Source of the DNA: Balanoglossus misakiensis
Lineage: Eukaryota > Animalia > Hemichordata
Direction of reading: 5' to 3'
DNA: 64,000 bases
NCBI GenBank assembly: GCA_040954595.2
Contig: CM082579.2
Location: forward strand, 6,003,625-6,067,624
The notes beneath the pieces are model-generated. The model was not told the DNA's origin and did not search any database. It saw only the letters and a program-made list of their open reading frames with translations. Shown piece after piece: positions 54,357 through 64,000 of this stretch (positions within the stretch are counted from its first letter, which is position 1; every line of letters begins with the position of its first letter). The translations under genes were made by a program, and so were the position numbers.

Positions 54357-57300
54357 CTGACAATTCTTTTTCTCGAAATCTCAACATTTTGTACTGATGG
54401 AAAGAACTTGGACACTGTACTACATATACTTCCATATCAGAAAACAATACATACATTAATGATATATAACTTTAACTTGGCTCAAAATTATCTTTACTGA
54501 AACAAGGCAGGCAAGCTTTTGAAAAAAAGTACACACTGGACATTAAGTACATTTTAAAATATGCATATACATGTATTTGCTCAAAGTTGCAATTTATCTT
54601 GACCAACATTAACAATTCTTTTACATGTACTAAATATTTATCATGTTAATATTACATAATGTATATTGTGGCAAGATAGTTAATAGCTTGGGTTGGCATT
54701 TAGTGCAGCAGTTATTTTATATACTTTAGATATTTTTCATGAAGCATTAGATATTTTTCCTTTAAAATTAGTTCTACTCAACATTAAAATTGATGTTATG
54801 AATATTTTTTTTTGTGTTTACCGCAAGAACAGTTGTGCAAAGTACTTACATGGTGCTGTGTCTTACAACAACACTAATCTTCCTGAAAAAATAAATAAAT
54901 AAAGCAATATATTTTGACACAAAACTTGTTTGGTCCACACAGTGAGTGTGATATTTATAAGTCTTGTCTGGTGCACTAACTCTTAGAGTGTGGAACTGAG
55001 GAACAAGGCAGATTTGGGAAGAGCGCCACCTATTGGCTGAATTGGAAAACCTGCACCTCCACTCTGTCCACAGAAAAAGATTATTAAAGTGCAATCACTC
55101 TGCGAAAGAGCTTAAAAACAAATGTTGATTACTGCTTTTGTCTGCCACATGCACACCACTAGTGTATGTGGCGGACATCCCAGACCCAGTAACTGTTAAG
55201 ATCGAGCCAACTCTACCTGTACCTCTGTTTTTAAGAACCAAATTACACAGAAGACACGTGAGATGTCTGCAATGTCTGTATTATGTACCTGTCAAGATTC
55301 CTGACATTAGTCACTCAGTATGCTGTTAAAAGCTGCAGTCAATAGCACATCACAGACATACCTCAATGGCAGTCACAGAAGTCACAAAAAAGAATGTCTG
55401 GTCTTGCACGCTAAATTTAGAAAAGCCAACGTTTATCATTCCCTAATTGGCTATCCAGGTTTTACAGCAGATTCCGAATGAATTCCCACATATTATCACC
55501 CTGGGTTTTACAAAAGAGCTTGTTTTAGTGGACGCATGTTTAAAGGAACCTACAAACACACGAATTAATTCCAGTTTTCAGGGTTTGCACAATGTGTCTA
55601 GACTGTTTCTATCCCTAGATCTCACTGCCCAAAGTGCAAACAGATGATGATTATACGTTTGTGTGTGTGCACTGGGTGTTCGCCTAATTGCCACTTGAAT
55701 CAGACACTGAGATAATTTGTGGTCAAAGGCGTGAGCCAGTTGACAGGCAGACAGAAGGGAGGACATCAAAGTTGTTGATAATTGGGCACAAGAGCTAAAT
55801 AGATGATCCGTCAGAAGGCATTGGTGGTCACTCTCTCGCAATACTTTGTGTTTGGAAATGATTAGTGACCCAGTGCATTGACCAGAGTTTACTGGTCTGG
55901 CTCAGATTTTCTATGGATTAAAGAAACAATAGACACATATGTCTAATTGGTGGTTGAGTCACGTGTAGGTGAACTTGAATTTTCCCACCAATTTTATCTT
56001 GGTGAACTGACAATTCTTTTTCTCGAAATCTCAACATTTTGTACTGATGGAAAGAACTTGGACACTGTACTACATATACTTCCATATCAGAAAACAATAC
56101 ATACATTAATGATATATAACTTTAACTTGGCTCAAAATTATCTTTACTGAAACAAGGCAGGCAAGCTTTTGAAAAAAAGTACACACTGGACATTAAGTAC
56201 ATTTTAAAATATGCATATACATGTATTTGCTCAAAGTTGCAATTTATCTTGACCAACATTAACAATTCTTTTACATGTACTAAATATTTATCATGTTAAT
56301 ATTACATAATGTATATTGTGGCAAGATAGTTAATAGCTTGGGTTGGCATTTAGTGCAGCAGTTATTTTATATACTTTAGATATTTTTCATGAAGCATTAG
56401 ATATTTTTCCTTTAAAATTAGTTCTACTCAACATTAAAATTGATGTTATGAATATTTTTTTTTGTGTTTACCGCAAGAACAGTTGTGCAAAGTACTTACA
56501 TGGTGCTGTGTCTTACAACAACACTAATCTTCCTGAAAAAATAAATAAATAAAGCAATATATTTTGACACAAAACTTGTTTGGTCCACACAGTGAGTGTG
56601 ATATTTATAAGTCTTGTCTGGTGCACTAACTCTTAGAGTGTGGAACTGAGGAACAAGGCAGATTTGGGAAGAGCGCCACCTATTGGCTGAATTGGAAAAC
56701 CTGCACCTCCACTCTGTCCACAGAAAAAGATTATTAAAGTGCAATCACTCTGCGAAAGAGCTTAAAAACAAATGTTGATTACTGCTTTTGTCTGCCACAT
56801 GCACACCACTAGTGTATGTGGCGGACATCCCAGACCCAGTAACTGTTAAGATCGAGCCAACTCTACCTGTACCTCTGTTTTTAAGAACCAAATTACACAG
56901 AAGACACGTGAGATGTCTGCAATGTCTGTATTATGTACCTGTCAAGATTCCTGACATTAGTCACTCAGTATGCTGTTAAAAGCTGCAGTCAATAGCACAT
57001 CACAGACATACCTCAATGGCAGTCACAGAAGTCACAAAAAAGAATGTCTGGTCTTGCACGCTAAATTTAGAAAAGCCAACGTTTATCATTCCCTAATTGG
57101 CTATCCAGGTTTTACAGCAGATTCCGAATGAATTCCCACATATTATCACCCTGGGTTTTACAAAAGAGCTTGTTTTAGTGGACGCATGTTTAAAGGAACC
57201 TACAAACACACGAATTAATTCCAGTTTTCAGGGTTTGCACAATGTGTCTAGACTGTTTCTATCCCTAGATCTCACTGCCCAAAGTGCAAACAGATGATGA

Positions 57301-57656
57301 TTATACGTTTGTGTGTGTGCACTGGGTGTTCGCCTAATTGCCACTTGAATCAGACACTGAGATAATTTGTGGTCAAAGGCGTGAGCCAGTTGACAGGCAG
57401 ACAGAAGGGAGGACATCAAAGTTGTTGATAATTGGGCACAAGAGCTAAATAGATGATCCGTCAGAAGGCATTGGTGGTCACTCTCTCGCAATACTTTGTG
57501 TTTGGAAATGATTAGTGACCCAGTGCATTGACCAGAGTTTACTGGTCTGGCTCAGATTTTCTATGGATTAAAGAAACAATAGACACATATGTCTAATTGG
57601 TGGTTGAGTCACGTGTAGGTGAACTTGAATTTTCCCACCAATTTTATCTTGGTGAA
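54357..57656. repeat. Head-to-tail tandem duplication, 2 x 1650 bp (54357-56006 / 56007-57656)
   Basis: The sequence recurs at an exact 1650-bp offset, and the ORF track gives identical translations (e.g. 54693/56343, 55138/56788, 55447/57097). I saw no mismatches by eye. Confidence 0.97.
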
Positions 57657-57733
57657 CCTGACTTAATTCTAACATTTTCGAGTCATTTAGTTACGCTGAT
57701 GACAACTTCAGATAAAAAGATAAATGTACTCAC

Positions 57734-58545
57734 GTTGGACTCTCTGCGTTGTAATCTGTCATGGGAGTTGCTGGCGTGTTACGAGTTGCCGTTCTTCCGG
57801 GCAGTTCACCAATCGGCAAACCGTCCTCCGCCGTTTGCCGGCTCAGCACCCTGTCCAGTTCGGCCTGCACCTCGTCGAACGTCGGCGCCACTGACACTTC
57901 GTCCGGAAGCGCCGTCACAAAAGTACTGTGTTCGCTTCGCCTGCTGCAGAAGGACTTTGCTTCGGACTTGGCATCGTCATCCAAGTCTTTGATGCGCACG
58001 ATTTTCACGTTGATGGACGACTGGACTGATTTGCCTGTCAAAACTCTCTCCTTTTTTTCTTTCCCTTCTTCCGTGTTTTCAGCTGCGTTGCCGGGTTTTG
58101 CCTCCTCGTCCTCCTCGACGTTATCCTCAACATCCCCGTCCTCTCCATCGGTCGCCCTTATATGGTCGTCACCTCCGGCGCGTTCTGTTTCTGGACTTCT
58201 CTCCTCTGTCTTCAATTCTGAGTCTTTTCCCTCCTGCATCTGTCGGTCACTCTCCAGTTGGTCATCGCCGTCTTTGGCCGATTGTCCATTTTCGCTGATT
58301 TTCTGATTGTCACCTCTCCCACCACTGGCTTTGGTCTCAACATGTGCATCGCCGTCATCATTGTCTATCTCCATCACTTTGGCATCATCCTCCCTCCCTT
58401 TGGCATTGACTGTCTCGTCGTCAAGTTGATCCACATCCTGTTGAGCCTTTCCGGCTGTCTCCTCTTTGGCAACAGTTTCCGTCATCCCCGTCGTCTCCAC
58501 CACGCTTCCAGGGACTTCACTGTGATCCTTTGTCTCCTCTGCCAT
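57734..58545 (-). CDS. Uncharacterised gene, first coding exon (acidic, low-complexity E/D/K-rich N-terminus)
   Basis: Long GC-rich open frame. Acceptor tctgttttccctttacag|G at 58595/58594; in-frame stop upstream of ATG 58545; donor AC|GTGAGT at 57734/57733 (812 nt, ends phase 2). Confidence 0.85.
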
Positions 58546-61500
58546 TATTGAATTTGACTCATTTTCTACACCATTTTATTTTCAACAAAAATACCTGTAA
58601 AGGGAAAACAGAGATGAATTCTGAGTGAGTTTCTTCAACAGTATCTGTGATCGCCTGTATATGCATGCCCACAACTTTAGACCAGAAAACTACATGTAAT
58701 GCAATATGACCCATGAAACATTCAGGTAAGAAAGTTCAATCTGGGTTAGTTTTCACTCAAAGGGATCAACTCTTGTTTGCAGATCCAGAAATAGACCAAT
58801 TTGTAACCAGCACTTTGTGGGCCAAGAGACTCGCAACTTGAATACAAGTATTGTTGTCGGTGACTGTAAAAGTGTTGATTAGAATTTGCGGTTTCAGACT
58901 TCCACACAAACTTGTATCAAAAGGCATGCCGATGGTAATTCAGGTTTGTGTAATCCCCAATCACTGGTTTCTAAGTTAAAAACCTCTGCAGAAATTCACT
59001 GAGGCGTTTCACTGATGTCTTATTGCACTTATATACAAAAGCTGCGTCAACTCATTTGCCAGTGAATGGTCAGAAAGTCTGGCCTTGTCTGTTTTCGTTC
59101 CATTGAAATTTCCTTAATTTGAGTTAGAAGACAAAAATGTGGCTATTTTTATCGCAATTAAGCCAAAGCTGATGCTATCAATTTGAGTGACAAAAACAAA
59201 TTCACCAGAAGAGCACCATGCAGTTCCATAGAACGCTTGAAATTAATTAACTGTGTTGATTCTTTAGAGAGGAGAGTTGAAAATCATCTTGGTTATAGAC
59301 ACAACACAATGTGTGACTTCCTGAATTAAACTCAATTAATGGCCATTTGCAGCCATTTTGCAGCATTGATTGCACCCTGGTGAATTTGTATTAGAGCAGT
59401 CTTGTGGACAAATCGAGCACAAAATGACACTGGGGAAAAACCTCTTACAGTCAGATCAACAATCTACACACCAGATCCCGCAGCCACAAAGGTGTAATTT
59501 GTACCAGTGAATGGTGAGTTTGTGTATGTCACAAAATGAAATGGTCGCGGGGTCTTACCCAGTGAAAAGGTGGTCGTGTTCGCCTAGGGAACAGATCAAA
59601 GCGATTTAAACAGCCCTAAACACACAACAGTTGCCCGGAGATACCTGTAATCCGGCTTGGAACTTTGGAATCCATCAATATGTGGAGGTCACGCAACATT
59701 GTAACTACGGGTTGTTACATACTGTGTCACAAAGGCAATCATGCCTGCAATGGAGTTCTTATGGAATTATCTCTGTTCAGACTAAACAAACCGTGTGTTT
59801 TTCTCGTTCTTTTATACTTCTCAAAACTCTCACAGTGTGTAATTTAATTCCCGACACATTCTTGAGAGTGGAAAAAAAAATGTTTTTTCTGTAACCACCG
59901 GTGGCCTGAACCGGTTTTTAAAAAGAGTCACGTTTGCGTTCTTTCCCTTGAAGTGGCAAAGAAACTGCAAACTGCTGTTCCGGCCGCTGGTTTTATATTC
60001 AGGTGTCTTGTTCCGCGGTTATTCAAACCAACAACGGCACAATGACACCGTGTCCAAGCACGGCACGGTTAAAGCCCCTGGCCGGTTCAGTGATTTCCTA
60101 AAAAGGCTGCCGGGTTGAAGGGGTCAGCCAAGATGGGCCTCAGATTACAACAGAAATGAACAACATAAACAGCCCCCTGCGTGGCAAATTACTTTGTCTT
60201 CTGTTGAAATATTCTATCATCACAGCCGCCCCCCTGCCTATTCTCCTCGCTGTGTTACGCATGGATAATACCAAGGATTTACCCGGGCAGATATACCTCA
60301 CACTTTGCGTTGCCGTAGTACAGATTTTAATAAAAATCAAGCACGCAATTTGGTATAATAAAGTGTAGTTTTCCTCAATCATCCAAGTTACAATAACAAT
60401 TCTGTTTCCCAGTTACACACTGTTTCAGTAAGAGACTGTTTTAATCCACCTTATTCATTAATCTACACTAATGAAAAAAAAACTCTGACAATTTTGATTA
60501 TCAACATCTAAATATGTACTTTGGTTTAGCCAAATCGATTCCACAGGTGATCTTGGACCGATCTACAGGGGAATAGGGTAGGGTGGGGGCAATACATGTA
60601 AATATATGGTTAACACCAGTGATTACCAGCAACTAATTTATGTTATATCTACAAAGAAGATATAAATTTCAGCTGGTCACAGTTGAAATTACCATGAGAT
60701 TAAGACACACAGCCCTGCCACGCAGAGCTATCATAGGTTCATAGTTTCAGAGCTGTTATTTACAACGAAGGTCTGACACTTTCCACAGGGTCCAGAATAA
60801 CAATTTGACAGTGATCAACATGTTGTTGTTGGAATTTATAGAGTCCACATATATCAAATGGCAGCTTGGCGTGACTGTGAGTAGCCTTCACTCACACACA
60901 AAAAAAGTAAAGAAAACAGGTGGTTGCTATCAACTTCATCAAGTGTAACCTTTGACCTAAACTATTTATTTCAGGGCTGGAAGTCTGGTACAGGGCGGTT
61001 CTACGGCCGAAACACTTCTTAGTTTATCTACAGAAAGAAATCAACAAAATATATTGACTGCCAGCTCACTTCAGTTCTGGAGTAGCTGTTATATCCAAAA
61101 TGAGGTAGTGGTTAAACTGGCATTATCAGATACCAAACAGACTTTGATCTTGGTGTCCTATGTGAAGGGATTGTGAAAGGTATTGAACGGTTGTGAAATC
61201 TTCAATTCAGCCAATTATTTCTGCTGCCATGGTGATTTAATACATTTCGTTGCCAGTGACGACGGCACACTGGTTGCCGATAAAACTGTCATACATAACT
61301 GATGTTAATCAATTTTTTTTTCAGAACATTTCAAATCATGTGGTTTTATTTTATCAGAAAGAATGGCCTCCACTGTTCAAGTGGCCTGAATACCTGCAGG
61401 CTTATTTGCCTGTCAAGTAACAGACGTCTGGAACACCTTGATTTGTTTTGACATGATCAAACACAGCAGAGCACTAGAAAATAATGATCTGAACTCTATG

Positions 61501-64000
61501 CTGAGTAAACTTTACACTTCATCATTGACTTCTTTTAGAATAGTTTTTGTTCAGACACAAAAGTCCACCTGCTCCGCTGAAGGGACTGTGACCTGCTGCA
61601 TATTGCAGTGTACAATGTAAATCTTTTGGCTGCATGTACACATGATGTAAATATATAGACTTCACACTTGTTACATCTTTGCCCAAGAGAGGTTGAGGGA
61701 CTGGCATGTGCATTTTTTGAGGAGCTGGATAAAATGAATGCTTTTTATCAATCCGAATGTAAGAACATCAGTATGATCATTTTAGCACATGAAAAAATTC
61801 AACTAGGAGTTGCATTGTTCAATGTTGCTCCAACTTGTCTAGAGGCAAGTGAAGTCGTTCATAAATATTACATTATTTATATTGCTACAAAGACACTTGC
61901 GTTTAATATATCTGCGCGGGAACTTTACATCAATAAATTATTAAATTTTCATTCCTGAGAAATGTCATCAAGTCCAGGTAATAAGACAGGAGTGTGCGTG
62001 TACTTTGTGTAAATTTAATGGTATATGGATATGGAAAATCCATAGATGTTCTCAAAATGATGATATCACAATCTGCTACTGAAGATAGCCCTAACATTTT
62101 ACAGTACAGTATAGTTTTACGTGTGCTGATCAAAGTCCATATTTTTCAGTTCCCGGTTCATAGGATTCATATTAAATCCACCTTAAGTCCCTGGGTTGCC
62201 ACCTGTGTGTTTTCTGAATGAGTTGGGTGTTGCGCAGGCTGTTCGGAAAGTATTGGTCAGCTTCAACCTTTTCCCCTCGAGGGGTATAACTCACTCTCAC
62301 TCCTAATAATTGACAAGAGTTATATTAAGCCTCTCTTTAATGGGCACCCAATTTATGTTCTACAAGTTTGGGACTACAATCATCAAATCTGTTTATGGCC
62401 GTTTGACGAGTTGGCTGTGTTAATACAATGACTCTCACTAAGGACTCTCCCCCCCCCCCCCCCACAAACACATAAAAGCACAACATCAAAATAGAAACAG
62501 GTGGCCAGGTGTGCCTGGGGTGGCACTTTTCCAACTGGGAGACCGGAATCTGGAAGTCAAACTTAAAAACGCCAGATCTTACCTTTGAGAGAATTCCGTG
62601 TCCTCACACCGGCTGAATTATGCGCTGTCATTACTTGCGTTAGTAACAGTATCACAGCCACCATACGTGTATACATACACACACGCATATATTCGCAGCT
62701 CAGCGTAAGATATGCAAATACGGCAACAATCTATAGTCTTTTCTCTCTCTATTCATATGGTAATGCAGTCAGTCAAAGCGACTCCCTCGCATGTCAATGC
62801 TGGCCGTTTGGATGAAAGAAGAAAAAGTCGATTAGTGCATGCACTGACTCAGTCATCAGAGGAGGAAACAAACAATGAACACAAATACACGCTCAGGTGA
62901 AATACAATGCTGAAATGGGCCACATTGATTGTTGGTGGGTAACTAGGGGCGTTGCTAAGGCCCTTTGACAGATACAAACTGACAGCAGTGATGGCTCACA
63001 TGGGGCGCCCGTACCTGAAATCATCTACATATAAGAAGGATCTTCGTGATAAGAAGATCCGGATTTACGACCCAATCTAATCTAACCATTTGTCCTGATT
63101 ATGAGCATGGAAGGCAGCTAGCTATATACACACAGCACATTATAGACACAGCTTTTGGCCAGACACAACATAAACAGGCAGACCGAGCTGAGAGCAAAAA
63201 ATGAAAGCTCAAAGCGCATGAATAATAAATGCTGGGAAAACTATTCCGAGTACAAACAGGTCCATTAGGGCGAACAAATGGCCGGATACGTTTGAGTGTG
63301 TTTGGGTGGCCCCAGTCAGATTGCCAGCCTGGTCAAAGACACACACAAGCCATTTGCTCTGTGCTCGGTCGCTATGTTAATCCCTCTGCCAACTACAGCC
63401 TAATGCCACTGTACTCTTACTAGACACTCGAATCACATCAGAATTCAATGAGTCACTACATAATTTTCAAGTGGAAGTAATATTTGCACTTTCACTCAAA
63501 GCGAGTTTGATCGGCATACCTTTATTTGTTCAAATCCTCATAATTCCGTGTTCACACTACATTCCATTGATTTTTTTTCTTCTGTGGAGGAATGAAGGGA
63601 TGTCGCGTACTATGTTTGCTCAGCCATGGTTAAGCCGAATAAAATTGACCGGCTCCGGTCAATAAGATTTTCTTCCTTCTCTTGTATATTGTTGTAGTTG
63701 TTGTTGTTATTGTTGACGTTTCCAGGCGCAACCCACAGATTCCAACAATTGCTGAGAAGACAACAACAAATTCACTGTGCAAGAACAGCAATTAATCTCT
63801 ACTAAAAAATAAAATTTGAGAATCTGAATCAAATTGGCATTTTTATTTATAGTTGATATTAAAAAGAGATTATACATATTTCGCATAGCAACACACAAAC
63901 ATCCAAACAAGCATCCCTGATAAACCATGCACGTGACCTGATATATATTTTAAGGTCAAAGACACCTGTAAAATATACTGGTGTGATCTGGCAGAAAAAA

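Noticed and set aside
57597-58551. Plus-strand Ser-rich ORFs (131, 181, 97 aa)
   Set aside because: Antisense shadows of the Glu/Asp-rich exon.
60156-60368. 70-aa hydrophobic ORF resembling a small membrane protein
   Set aside because: Short, with no motif and no splice or poly(A) support; expected by chance.
61668-61958. ORF containing FFEELDKMNAFY, reminiscent of the SPX-domain ELxKxNxFY motif, with a GTAAGA donor at ~61759
   Set aside because: Short match with wrong spacing, weak acceptor, AT-rich context and no companion exons found; probably chance. A tBLASTn/HMMER SPX search would settle it.
1-64000. Prokaryotic systems (CRISPR arrays, operons, defence islands), rRNA/tRNA, transposase or reverse transcriptase ORFs
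   Set aside because: The sequence is intron-containing metazoan DNA with very low coding density. I saw no repeat-spacer arrays, structural RNA signatures or DDE/RT motifs.

Overview
Eukaryotic (metazoan) genomic DNA, probably a marine invertebrate such as a non-vertebrate deuterostome; the taxon is inferred from composition and gene structure, not proven. Two minus-strand genes are supported. (1) A Sprouty gene with a single coding exon (25504-26499), a probable non-coding first exon, an SRF/ETS/EGR/CCAAT/GC-box promoter and a ~1.8 kb 3'UTR. (2) An unrecognised gene that the ORF track splits up but which splices phase-compatibly from three coding exons (58545-57734, 51876-51630, 46647-45865) into a 613-aa protein with an acidic N-terminus and a basic C-terminus. 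One of its introns holds an apparently perfect 1650-bp tandem duplication next to CTCF-like motifs. The rest is non-coding: a CpG-rich ~20 kb block upstream of Sprouty, microsatellites, probable TTAA-flanked non-autonomous DNA transposons and very short CA...TG hairpin elements. No prokaryotic-type systems, rRNA, tRNA or CRISPR arrays were seen. Most short ORFs in the track are spurious.
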